Shown here piece by piece: positions 23,929 to 37,570 of a DNA stretch of 64,000 nt; the first letter of the stretch is position 1, and every line of letters starts with the position of its first letter. Both the position numbers and the translations under genes were made by a program. The stretch spans positions 63,893,183-63,957,182 of the forward strand of contig NC_068992.1 in NCBI RefSeq assembly GCF_001194135.2. The letters run 5' to 3'. The notes below the pieces were generated by a model. The model was not told the DNA's origin. It saw nothing but the letters and a program-made list of their open reading frames with translations, and ran no database searches. The DNA is from Octopus bimaculoides. Lineage: Eukaryota.

Positions 23929-23934
23929 TTTATT
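23929..23934 (-). terminator. Candidate distal polyadenylation signal (AATAAA on -)
   Basis: TTTATT on +. It is followed on - by a U/GU-rich stretch (ttttgtaattttgactctttaacttttttattttc) and sits at the edge of the transposon-poor zone. Other TTTATT hexamers exist, so this assignment is tentative. Confidence 0.3.
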
Positions 23935-24549
23935 ATAAAATATGTGAATGACAAAACAGAAGATGGGGAAAAAAAAACAACATACAAATGAAGAGAAATT
24001 TTACATATTTATTTACTTTAATAATATTTTGGTAAATGTAAAAAGTCATTTTTCAGCAACACTGATGTCACAAAAAGATAAAGGCTTTTATGTATATATC
24101 TCCTTTCTTTTCCTCAGAATCACTTTAGCATGTTTTCAACAACTGTTAATTATGATCAAATTAAATAATGATATTAAAAAGATGACTTTTCTTCTCAATA
24201 TAAGTTTGGAGACAGAAAGCAAAATTACTACACAAGACCAATTATTTTATTTAATTTTTTTTTAATTGATTTTCTTTTTTTTTTTGTGTGTGTGTGTGTT
24301 TGTGTGTGTTCCATTTCAAAAAGGTTTTTGAAAACAAGTTTCTCACAGCTGGTCATAAGTCTATAATACTTGTGTGAAGTAAAGAATTTTTCAAGAACCA
24401 ACACATCTTAAAGAGTTTCATCCACTGAACAGAGCCTTTTTTTTTTTCTTTTCTTTTTTGGTAAACAGAAGATGCAGAGTTACCTGCTTCACAGCTGACT
24501 TAATTTACTTAGTAAATCAGAATTGTTCCCACGTATCAGGTGGACAGAA

Positions 24550-24581
<32 letters not shown>

Positions 24582-26033
24582 ATGGTGTTGATGGTAGTGG
24601 TGGTGATAAGAAAATTATAAGTTTTTTAAAGTTCACTAACCAAAGTTTAGAGAGTTCAAAGTAAAATTTTTTTAAAGAACTAGATTATTATTAATATTAT
24701 CATTATTACTATTATTATTAGTAGCTGTTACTCATATCATAGTTTTGATGTCAAAACACATTAAATCAAGCAGTTAAAAACAGAACATACAGAGTAAACG
24801 AGGAATTACAAAAAAAAAAAAAAAATGAAACAGCAACAATGATTAGGAAAATATTGTAACCATAGAAATTTATTAAGTAATAATAATAATAAGTGAAAAC
24901 AAACAAAACATTTAATTTCAATAAGCGTTTTGATTTGTTTCGTAATTGTTTTGTGTTTCAACAGTTAACATATAGAGTCTATAACAAATTTTAATACTTT
25001 GAATAGCCGCAAAATTGGTTAAATCAGCTTAATTCACATATTATTATTATTATTATTATTATTGTTATTATGAACAGGTTTAACTGTACTGGTACAAACA
25101 CTTCAGCAGCAGCAATAGTAGGAGGTATTCATTAAAAGACAAATTCATATAACAATATACCACCGCTTCCTTCAATGGAGGAATGAAGACATTTCCAAAT
25201 AACCTAACTCTGAAAGTTGCCAAATATAAAGAACCCATATTTTCATAGGTATCCATTAAAGAAAACTGTTTTCACTTCTAAAGACAAGTATTTATACTGA
25301 TTCCTAACATTGGCAAAAAGCCACAGATTTTTTGTGCAGAGAGGGTAAGGTGATTAAATTGACAGTGCTTGACTGGTATTTAGTATATTCACCCCATAAA
25401 AATGAAAGGCAAAAATTGACCCTGACATGATTTGAACACAGAATTTAAAGGGATGTAACTAAATACTACAAGGCATTTTTTTCCACCACTCTACAGATTC
25501 TGGCAATTACTGCCCCGCTCCCACCAAAAAAAAAAAAAAATAATATTTGTTTCAAATTTTAGCACAAGGCCAGCATTTTGGGGAAAGCGGCTAAGTGGAT
25601 TACATTGACCCTAGTGCTTAACTGATAATCATTTTATCAACCCCGTAAAGATGAACGATAAAGTCCCTCTCAGCAGAATTTGAACTCAGAACATAAACAT
25701 GGGCAGAGTGCTTAGCAGCATTCTGCCCAGCAGGGTGACAATTCTGCCCAGCCCACTGCCTTCCCTCAAAACAATATCAATTTTAAAAACTATTCAATTC
25801 AATTCATTGTTTTTTATATAAGTCTAGATATGTACATTCATTAGCTCTAAGGTGGGATAAATTGAAATTAAATACCCACCTTCATCCACTTTAAAGAGTG
25901 AGATTGAATTTATAACGAAGCCATTTCAAGAAATTAGTTATTGTTTGGTAAATATTTTTACACTTCAGAAAAGAAAATTCAAAATGGCATCAATGTGTAT
26001 GTCTCAAATTTTATTGCACCAATTAAAAAGATG

Positions 26034-26087
<54 letters not shown>

Positions 26088-26926
26088 CATATATATATAC
26101 ACACACACGCATGTACACACACATGTGTGTGCATACATAAACACACACACACACAACAGATACAAACATTTTGAATGAAACCAGAACTAAAATGAAGTTA
26201 AAACCATTAAAATAAAAAAAAAAATGAAGGGAGACCATTTCAGAGTTTTGATGTTTGAGTTGTTTAGTACTGAGTTTGTTGGCCAGTGGTGGAAGTTGTG
26301 GTTGTAATTATTAAAATTACAAATGGAAAGAAAAAAAACATAAAAACAGACCATGAAATCAGCCAGTTAATGATCAGCACTTTCAAAATAATATTGAGAA
26401 ATATGAAAGCCTTTCTTTTTCACAGATATACTTAGTTCTTTCTGACCCCAAAACAGGCCTGTTGTTCAATGTATAATTCCCATTGTGATAGTGATGGTGT
26501 AGGAATCTCTTGAACAAGCTTGTCACCGGCAAGTTTGCTGGAGGCAATGGGTGTTGATCCTGAATTAAAAGCTGACAATGTTTAATGGAGCCTTATATAA
26601 TAAGACTGAAACATTCAGAGACGCTTAGAATTTCCCACATATTTTTCTGAATGTTTCATTTCACTTTGGACAAAGAAGTTTTTAACTGATTGATGTTTGG
26701 ACATATACACACACATCAGATATGAGTAGTTGGCAAAATTGATAAGCAGTAAACCAAAATTTAGAGGGGATTTTTTTTCTATGTGTTTTTGTTTTTAGTT
26801 AATGAAATTTTTTTTATTTTTTAATCTAGTTGTATTAAGATCATATGGTAAATACACAATGATGTGACAGATTCTTTGATAAGATTTAGAATTTCAGTGT
26901 ATACAGCAAGGTTGAAAATGCAACAC

Positions 26927-26957
<31 letters not shown>

Positions 26958-26967
26958 NNNNNNNNNN

Positions 26968-27002
<35 letters not shown>

Positions 27003-28709
27003 GAGAGAGAGTGTGTGTGTATGTGTGTGTGTGTTAATATGATATTGCTATAGCAGTTTTGATTTCTTTTCAGTACACCTTGGTTATTCATTTTGATAAC
27101 AATATTACAGAATATTACAGGAAAAGTTTTACAACAAAAAGAGAGGAGGCAGAGGAGGGGAAGGGGAATATGAAATAATTATAATGTAAGTAAAAATTAA
27201 TACTTGATAATACTTCTCAAAAGTACTTTTTCTGGTATATGGTGATTCAGAGAGAGAGAGAGAGCAGAAAGGAAAAAAGAGGAAAAATTCCAACAAATAT
27301 TGTCATAAAATATATACAGCAAAAACAAATATAGGTACTCTGACATACTATTCAACTTGTGGAAGATAACATCCGATGAAAAACAATTAGATTATCATTA
27401 TAATTAGAAAAAATATTAACAAAAATATTGTCAACAGTAAGGGAGATCTGAAACGGTAAGAGAACACCCCGATTGATGTTTTGATGGAAACAACGAAGGA
27501 AGTCAATAGCTGAAACTATGCAGTACAGATCTTCCACTTGGTTTGATTTTTTTTTTTTTTTTTTTATAAAGTGTGTAGTAAAATATCTGTTAAACATACA
27601 GGATTCTTTCACAAATGAAAGCTTTTTTTCTTATTTAGGTTTATATTGTGTCTTTAGAGCAGACCAGCTGAACCAAAGACGTACTTGTCCACATTCTAAG
27701 GATTTCTGGGGTTTTTTTCTTCTCTTTCTTCCTTTGTCTTTTTTAAAATTTTTTTTAAAACTAAATTCTTGCTGCTGTTGTATTTTCGAGAGTTCTGATG
27801 AAAAGAAACGGAGAACTAAACCNNNNNNNNNNNACAAATAATGCCAAGCAGTGCAGCACGATTATAGTCTGGTTCCAGGGTTTGAGAGTCACAGGATTCA
27901 GTTGAAATGTCACCGGATAATCTGTTAATAATGTCTCATGACAACATCCAAAATGGAAGTTCCAGCAAACAAGAAGAATGGCAATATACAATAGATTTTG
28001 GTTGAAATGGGATTAATTCAGCTAAGAGATGTTTTGTCAAGATTTTAATTAAAAATTAAAAGTTAAGAACACAATGTACAGGTTTCCTTTTTTTTTTTTT
28101 TTTTTGTTTTGTTTTGTTTAAAACAATTAGAATAAAAAATCGAAATATTTGAGAAACACAAGAGTTAAATGATCAGCTTAGTTTCACAATGAGTTCAGAG
28201 TTTATGTAGTAAGTTCTAGTTTAGAGAATATAGGCAACATCTTAGAGACCAAAATAAAACAAACAGAAATATTGTTAAGAAAAAAACAAAGAATGAGCAC
28301 ACAAATAGGATAAGTTTGTTAGGAATAAAGGTAAAAATCATTGAAGACAGCAACGTTAGACCAATTAGTAACAATATTTAGTTCATCCAGGATCAAATAA
28401 TTGAAATAATTGAAGAAAAAGAGAGAGTGCAAACAGAATGGAATAATTGCTTTTGAGGCAACAACAAACCCACCAACCACAGAGTTCAGATGAGATACAC
28501 AAAGAAGAGTGAACTAATTAGGACAAGTCACATAATTAGGATCAGAAATTTTGAAAATGTGTATGAGCAGAGCGACAGATATCTAACATTGAAATAACCA
28601 CAAATGACACAAGAATAGAAAATAACTAAAAAATAACATATGAAGTTGTCATTATTATTATCATTGCTAGAGTTTATATTATTATTTAATATTATTAACG
28701 TTTTAGTAA

Positions 28710-28926
28710 TTCTTTTCTACTCTAAGCACAAGGCCTGAAATTTCTGGGGGGGGGGGACCAGTCGATTAGATCGCCTCCAGTACGCAACTGGCACTTAATT
28801 TATTGACCCCAAAAGGATGAAAGGTAAAGTTGACCTCGGTGGAATTTGAACTCAGAACTTAAAGATAGACGAAATACTGCTAAGCATTTCGCCTGGCTTG
28901 CTAACGTTTCTGCCGGTTTGCCACCT
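28710..28926 (-). mobile_element. Full-length tRNA-headed SINE with 10-bp TSD
   Basis: TSD gttttagtaa at 28700-28709 and 28927-28936; B-box-like gagttcaaattcc on -. Confidence 0.9.
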
Positions 28927-29815
28927 GTTTTAGTAACTGTGTAATCATAGATCACATCATACACATCCAGAGATAAATAGCATTAAGGAAAGCAGAAACA
29001 GAAAGGCTACAGTGAAAATTAAAACAATCAAACATATATTTTGCTAACTTTCTTTGTTTTATTAAAAAGTTGAGTGAGAAATTTTTTCTATGTTTGTCTA
29101 ATCTTTGAAAGGTACTCCTAATTTTTAATGAAAATAACAAAACTCAAATTCTAACAGGCCCTCTATCCTTCCTAAAATAAATTTTAATAAGACAATAAAA
29201 TGAATGTATTTTCTGCAATAGCAAGTTCTGTAAGATGATAACGTCTAGCACCAACTCAGAGAAGAATATTTAATTTTATAAACAGTAGACAAAATGAGAA
29301 ATAGAAATACTTAAAACAGAGAGATCTTTTTTTTTTAATTTAAACAGTTTACTCTGACCTTGAATACAAAATGAAATTATGTTGAACCAATGTGGGAGCC
29401 TCTACAGGGTTGTGTGACTTACTAGATGTAACTACTAAGTTATACTTTACTGCCTTTAAACAAATAAAATGAAGTAGTCTGAGAGAAACTGTCTGTAAAG
29501 ATGAGATGGTTTTGGCAAGAAGACCTTTGATCATAGGATTGACCTGGAGTAAAACAATAACTGACCTGTTTAGAGTATACAGATAGAAGAATTAATGACA
29601 GCCCAGCCTTCCACGCCTTCAAACAGCAGCTAAGCAAAAACTGTCCATACCAAACACCACTTCTCAAAGTATAAGCTTTCTGCCGAAAATTTTGATACAA
29701 TTAAAGAAAGGGAGAAAGAAGTGGAAGGAGAAAAAACAAAAAAAACTACAGTTAAAGCTCACGTATTAATGTTGTAATGGACTATTTCATCAAGCTGCAT
29801 TCTTTGATAACTGAA

Positions 29816-29883
<68 letters not shown>

Positions 29884-30558
29884 TAATACTATACTACAAG
29901 TGTAGTATAGTATATTTGGTAGAGAAATGAGAATAAAAATAAGCCTCCAATTTAATTAGTATCTTATTATTACTAAACAGATAAATGAAGAAATCAATTA
30001 TACTGGCATTCAAATGAACACTTTAATATATTATTTTTAAATGTTAGAAAATAGTCTTAAAATAAAATACACATTAAAGGCAAAAGTATACATATGTATA
30101 TGTGTGTGTGTGTATTTCTCTTATTTAGTCAGGATGGGCAAAGGTTATCCGTTAGTGAATTCAACTGAATATGGCATAGCCAATTAATTAGGCTTAGAAA
30201 GTTAATTACTTAACTTTCATGCCTGTAAAATAACTATTGACCTTCACACAAGCTAACAACATCATAAAGCTATTTGTACATGTGTGTGTGTGTGTGTGTG
30301 CGTGTATATATATATATATAAAAACACGTATGAATGTGCATGTGTGTGTACACACCTACATTCATAAAAGTATGTACATATATACAAATACCAGAGTTTT
30401 ACATCCTCTTGCAACTTAGTTTTTCTAAGATGTGAAACTGCTTTTTTTCCTCAATTTCTCTCGTCAACTTTTCCCTCAAGAAGGACTATCTGAAACGTTA
30501 AATTTTCCACTTCTCATGGCAAGTTGACTGTACTCCTTTTCATTGATTTTACTACAAC

Positions 30559-30617
<59 letters not shown>

Positions 30618-31313
30618 CATACACACACAAGTTTATATATGGATATGAATATATATGAAATTGAACATTCAAATTTCTGTAAAAACAGATTTAAAATGAA
30701 TGGACAGCCAATAGGCAGTGGTGTATGTGTGTATGTGTACATATGTATATGTATATATACATATATACACATATATATATATATATATACACACACATAC
30801 ATACATACATAGATACACACACATGCAGATACACACATATGCAACAACCTTTGTAAAAATGATAGATACTCAATCTTGAGATTATATAATGTAAAAGAAA
30901 AAGGTTCAGAAATGACTCTTTGATCAGATTAGTCCAAAAGCCAAAGATGACATTTAATATAAGTGGTAATTAGTTGGAATAAGACAACATCCAAAGAAAG
31001 GAGGCACTTTTTTTATAGACTTCTTTGATGTTTTAAATATTTATATATGTGTACGCACCCACACATATATGTAAAAGAATATTTTTGGTAACAATATGAA
31101 GACAAAAAAAAAATCTTTAATCTTTCAATCACAGAACCATTCTTATTACCCTACCTCTAATAAATAATAAAGAAATTCTTATTGGTTGTTGCTAACAGAT
31201 TGAATATGAACCAAATTACAACACCAGGATATTACTAATTAATGATAACCATTTAAAGATATAACTTACAGAATCACTATACCAACCTTTATCAAATATG
31301 TAGTGTGTGTGTG

Positions 31314-31374
<61 letters not shown>

Positions 31375-32849
31375 AGAGAGAGAAGAGAGAGGCCGGTTTT
31401 CACTGCCTTAAAAAACCACAACAGCAGCTGCAGTGGTTAATTTAAAATAATAAGATCCTAACAGTTAATCTTGGGGGATTTCCTGATTAAATTATTCTAA
31501 TTAGAAATACTGTTTCCTGATATAACCTCTTGACATGTCAATGCCTGTTCTGAAGTAGTATCTTCAGCATCATGCTTCATACAAATGAAATAAAGTTCAC
31601 AACACTAAATAAAAGATTCAGATAACCATTCCTAGTCTCCAATAAGGCTATAGAGATATGCAATGTTCATTCTTTCTTTATATCATTTTTTGACATTTTG
31701 GGGAATTGCGTGTGTGTGTGTGTGTGTGTGTGCGCATGTGCTCCCTATATGTAAAGTCTTCATTATCAGCCAGTGGAAGAAATTTTGACAGTTCCACATT
31801 TGAATGAATAAAATAGGACTTGTAGTGAGCAAGGAGGAAGTATTTTATAGATGTTTCCAAAATGTACAGCTTGTGAAATATTTACAACTGAATATTAAGT
31901 ATAGAAAAATAACACAACTAAGAAAAATCTTTAAAAAAAAAAGTCAGTGGCTTGGGGAGGCTGACCCTTATTTTGACCCTTATTTTGATACAGTTCCACC
32001 ATCATTTAGATGAGATTTTCTGAAGCGAAGGAGAAAGACTAATCAAAAAATAATCAAGAGAAAACATAACGAGACACCAAAATAATGCTATTATATTCGT
32101 TAAAAATTGAACAAGAATTATGGAAAATGCATCAGTAAAAAAGAGAGAGTAATTAAATAGATAAATAGAATTAAAACCAAGTAGAAATAAGACAAACAGA
32201 ACTCCGGTAATAGACACTTCTTAAACGTCCCTCATATCACATATTGAGCAAAACCGGTATAATGAGTTAACACAGTGATATGAGGATTAGGTTGCAACAT
32301 ACCTGTTGTTGTGGTTGTTGTTGTTATTATTATTATTATTATTATTTTTATTATTGGTGGTGGTGGTGGTGATATTGGCATTAGTTGTTGAAGTAATAGT
32401 GGTAGTAACAATGAGGATGATATCTTTATGACTCTCTGATATCAGAAGTGGGCCACACACACAGAGACAGAATTGAGGGGTAAAAAAAAAAAAACATTTT
32501 TTTTTTTGAAGAAATAAAAGTTGATTAAAAGTGACAATGTTTATGTATTACACAGTCTTGGATAGATTTTTCAATAGTCTTGTTATTGGTGTTGTCCTTT
32601 TATCATCATAATCATCATCATCATCATCATCATTATTATTATTATTATTTTTATTTTTTTTTTACTTACACATTTCATTGTGTGTAAAATATTCTTTTGG
32701 TTTATTCACAGTTGAGGAAGAAACAAAGCAAACATGCATTTAGATCTCAATTTATGTCCAAAATATGGTGATGTGGTGATATGCATGCACAACATTAAAG
32801 ATGGCAAGGGAGGAGGACAGCAAGTAGATCAACTATATGCAGTCAAAAT

Positions 32850-33250
32850 GTCACACTATGTATATACACACACACACACACACATTATATATAAAATACA
32901 TGTGCATGCACATATACTTAGATGCATTTTATATATACACAAACATTTAGGTGTGTGTGTGTGTGTGTGTGTGTATGGATATATATATATATATATATAC
33001 ACATATGTATACACACACATGTGTGTGTGTGTGTATATATATATACACATGTATATTATGTGCGTACGTGCATGAATATATATATACACACACAATGTAT
33101 ATAAAAATGTATACATACATACATTGTATAACTACATATAAAAATGTGTATGCATATTATGTGTGTGTGTTTTGTATATATATATACATATATATATATA
33201 TACATACATGCACACACAGATGCATTTACTTGTATGTATGCATATAAGAA
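32850..33250. repeat. Compound (TA)n/(CA)n/(TG)n microsatellite field (one of many in the window)
   Basis: Seen directly. Other long tracts include (CA)n 11181-11245, (TA)n 29820-29878 and 31318-31371, (TG)n 36369-36446, (GA)n 43220-43323. Confidence 0.95.
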
Positions 33251-34004
33251 AGACATTTACAAGTATGGCTTTAAAAAAAAAGAGGGTGTAAACAAAACAT
33301 GCTATCATAGGAACCAAAGCTTAAATTTAGTGGTTGCTAGGCAATAGAGCTACAGATAACAACATCAACAAGGCCCTACCAATCTAAATTATAACAAACA
33401 AAAGTTTTAATGGATAAATTAACATCATTACCTCCCCACATATTAAGACTGGTGAGCCTATTTGGTGTCACAGTAAACGCAACTGCCTCACAATCTAAAG
33501 GTACTTGGTTTCACCTAACATCATCATATCCTCTGCTTTCTCTTTCTCTCTCTTTTTTTTTTATATCTTAGGCCATACATTTGTGTGTGTGTGTGTGTAC
33601 ATTTATATTTCATATATATCGTTTATATTTATTTTTTTAAATCTTTACAATCTTCAAAATGGGCTTTGGGATATTATGAGTCAAATTGATTTCTCTCTCT
33701 TCAATGTTATGTTAGAACTTATCATTACTATCAATAAATAATAATAATAATAATAATAATTTGTGATGAGTTCAACAAGATTAGATACATGTCGGCCAAC
33801 CAGAACTTTTTCAATATTTAAAAGCTAAAGTGGAGAAGAGAGAAAGAGACAATAGGGTGATAATGGTGGTTTGGTTGACAAGGGAGGAGAGGTTTCGCAT
33901 TTCTCTCTTTTACTTGTTTTTTTTTTTTTTTTTNNNNNNNNNNNNNNNNNNNNNNNNNNNNNNNNNNNNNNNNNNNNNNNNNNNNNNNNNNNNNNNNNNN
34001 NNNN

Positions 34005-34041
<37 letters not shown>

Positions 34042-34358
34042 AATAAATTTGTTTCAATAATATGGATAAAGAAGGCTTCAAGAAGGTAGGGGTGAAGTGA
34101 GTGAAAGTGTGTGAGTGAATATGGGAGGCAAAAAGGACTGGAAATAAACAAGCAGGGGTCACTTCAGTCAGGCAGTAGTAACACTTGAAAAACTGCCACA
34201 AATAGAATTGAATAATTAAAGATGATGAAAATGGTTAAGTTCCAACCACAACAGCAGCAACAACAACAACAGTTTGTCTATATATTTATGTATGTATGTA
34301 TGCATGCATGCTTGAGTATGCAAATTCTTATTTTCCTCTCATATTTATAATTTCTGAG

Positions 34359-34407
<49 letters not shown>

Positions 34408-35196
34408 TGAAGACCAATCAACTTTGATATTCACAATAAATCTGATTTTCCACTCAATAGAAAGTCACACAATCAGTAAATGCTTCATTTTTATTCTTAT
34501 ACTTGTTTGAAAATAACAACCTTATTTTAACATGTACGTACATATGTATGTCATTATCTATATCTATGTGTACACACACACACACACACATATATCTTTG
34601 GTATATGTCCATTTTTTTCCATTTCACCATGGATTAGAGAAATACATATAATTGAGGTATTGTTTTACAGCTAGACATAACACATACAGACATACATATA
34701 CATATATGTACACATGAATGCACATAAACGTATATGAACACATGTGTATATATGTGTGTGCATGTATTTTAGTTGCAGAATGTGTTTCTCTGTAATTTGC
34801 ACAGTTTCATCCCAGACTCTGCTTCTTCTGATGCAATGAAAACTTATTGAAAGTGATCTTCTTTGTGTCCACACACACACACAGACACACACATATATAT
34901 GTACACATATGATGCTGAACCTCCACTGTCTTCTAAGGATGGACATTCAGTGGTTTGATCCAGCTTGATCAACTAAAACTACTTCTGAAATTAATGTGCA
35001 TCTGACAGAGTATTCCTCAGACACATGGACACTTAACATAATGCTCAGACGTAATCAGTGTCACTAAATATGTGGCAAGGCTGGACTGTTTGTCAAATTA
35101 CAGGTGCAAGCCATCTGGCAGGCTTCCACTTACCTTGTATGTACCCAATCCCAAGTCTTGAATTGTCTCAAGAGATAGAAATTATCACACACACAT

Positions 35197-35251
<55 letters not shown>

Positions 35252-35292
35252 AATGTATGTTACATACATATATGTATACACACACACACACA

Positions 35293-35337
<45 letters not shown>

Positions 35338-35423
35338 ATATATATANNNNNNNNNNNNNNNNNNNNNNNNNNNNNNNNNNNNNNNNNNNNNNNNNNNNNN
35401 NNNNNNNNNNNNNNNNNNNNNNN

Positions 35424-35607
35424 AGTCATTTGACTGTGGTCATGCTAGAGCACCACCTTTAGTTGAGCAAATCAACCCCAGGACTTATTCTTTGTAAGCC
35501 TAGTACTTATTCTATCGGCCCCTTTTGCCAAACCACTAAGTTGTGGGGGACGTAAACACACCAACATCGGTTGTCAAGCGATGATGGGTGGAAACAAACA
35601 CAAACAT

Positions 35608-35657
<50 letters not shown>

Positions 35658-35815
35658 GATGGGCTTCTTTCAGTTTGCTTCTAATAAATCCACTCACAAG
35701 GCTTTTGATTGGCCCGAGCCTATAGTAGAAAACACTTGCCCAAGGTGCCACGCAGCGGGGCTGAGCCCAGAACCATGTGGTTGATAAGCAAGTTACTTAC
35801 TACACAGCCACTCCT
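35424..35815 (-). mobile_element. CORE-type SINE, near full length
   Basis: Reverse complement of the 6823/10665 family, including the internal (TA)/(CA) tract. Confidence 0.85.
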
Positions 35816-36367
35816 CCACCTATATATATATATATAAATAAATACATATATACATAGTCATATATATACATACACACACAGACATAAATTCATACACACA
35901 CACACACATATCATTTAGTAAGAGTTTGACTCAGCTCTGTTGCAACTTAAATTTTCACAGGCTTGTAGAGCAAACCCAATTTCTCAAGATATCCAAATGC
36001 CTGATGACATTGTTTCATTCTAAGAGTCTATGCAACGTTAAGTGTCATGGGGCTGAGTCAAACTCTTATTAAATAACACGTGTGACTCCTACCAAATGTG
36101 TTGAGTGCCACATTTGTTTGTCCACTTATTTGTATATATCATTTAAAAAAACAAACTGTGCTCAGAGCCTGCAGATTGCTTGGAGAACACAAGGCAGGTC
36201 ATAAAACGTGCCTAACCACGTGTCGATATGGCAAGAAACTATTGGTAGCCCTTATTTTAAGAAGTGTGTGTTAAATGATGTATATTTCTCATTGGATGGA
36301 GTACGTTTTTTGTTGATCTTATCTTAACAGAACAGAAAACTATACATATATGAATGTGCATGTTTGA

Positions 36368-36447
<80 letters not shown>

Positions 36448-37358
36448 TTGTGTATATTTTCATATTTCATTTCTTTGGATGAGAAGTAAAATAAATTCCC
36501 ACGGTGCATAACAGAATCTTAAGACGTCTACTTCAAAAGTAGCAACTGACTTGACTGAGGTTACCACAAGCCTAATACACTAGTGATGAACTATCAAGAA
36601 GAATTAGCATCATTTGAATTTTTACATTTTCTTTTTTATTCTTGATTTCTTTTGGTTTCACTACATACATGTATGCATGTGTGTGTGTATGTGTGTATAT
36701 ATATATATTTATATATATATACACACACACATATATACATATACACACAGGTATATCTATGCATGTATATAGAGAAATAAATACACACACACATACACAC
36801 ACACGTATACCTAAGTATATGCACACATACATCCATATATACATGCATACATACATACATATGCATCATGTGATGCCCGTGTGTGCTGATGAGATGGAAT
36901 GTCTACTGTCATAGAACATGTATGAAGAGAGGAATTGAAAGGTGAATGTAAGCTTTGTACAGTAGAAGCCAAGGGATGGTGGTGGTAGTGGTGGTGGTGG
37001 TGCTAGTAGCAGTGTTGTTGTTGGTGGTGGTGGCGTTGGTGGTAGTCATGGCAATGGATGCAGTTTGTGGTAAGGAAGGACACAGCACCAGAATGCATTC
37101 TCCTCCCCACAGCCTCCAGAACTACCATCAGCTAAGGAAGAAAGAAAAATATATATATTTATTTATATATATATCTGGAATACTGGAGATGATTGAGCAG
37201 CAAAAAAATTGTTTGTTTTTCATTTTTCCAAGGGTCAGGGTAGATATTCCAGATTTTTGACAGGCAATATTAATCATGCATCTCGCTTGGCTAATGCAGA
37301 ACAACAAATGTTGATGTCGCTTGAAACACCGTTACATGCAGACTGCAATGATGTTGCT

Positions 37359-37570
37359 TCACTGCCGATCGAGTTTGAAAGAATCCTCAGTGGCAGCATC
37401 AGTAACAAGATTGGGATCTGTTAACATCTGGACATCGTCGATATCCAGTGGTACCAATCCAATTTTCAAAGCTTCCTCTTCTGGTAAGTAATCGGCGTCA
37501 AAGTCATTAAACCCAGTTATTGCATTACCAAGCTCTCGAGCAAAATCTTGCCTGGACAAATCATCAGCAC
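37359..37570 (-). CDS. CRTC: CREB-regulated transcription coactivator (CRTC/TORC), terminal coding exon, C-terminal transactivation domain
   Basis: Minus-strand acceptor gtttctttctttcattatccag|GT GCT GAT (phase 1). Encodes (G)ADDLSRQDFARELGNAITGFNDFDADYLPEEEALKIGLVPLDIDDVQMLTDPNLVTDAATEDSFKLDRQ then TGA (37361-37359). Matches the TORC_C pattern LK..PL..D...ML.DP....D.ATED.F..DR. Confidence 0.88.

Noticed and set aside
32734-33347. Many overlapping ORFs rich in YI/CV/HT (also 1712-2030, 30476-30873, 35058-35784, 36257-36914, 46002-46307, 51010-51447)
   Set aside because: They are translations of (TA)n, (CA)n and (TG)n microsatellites or SINEs, not proteins.
36955-37260. Poly-Val ORF on +
   Set aside because: (GGT)n/(GTT)n simple repeat lying antisense within the proximal CRTC 3'UTR.
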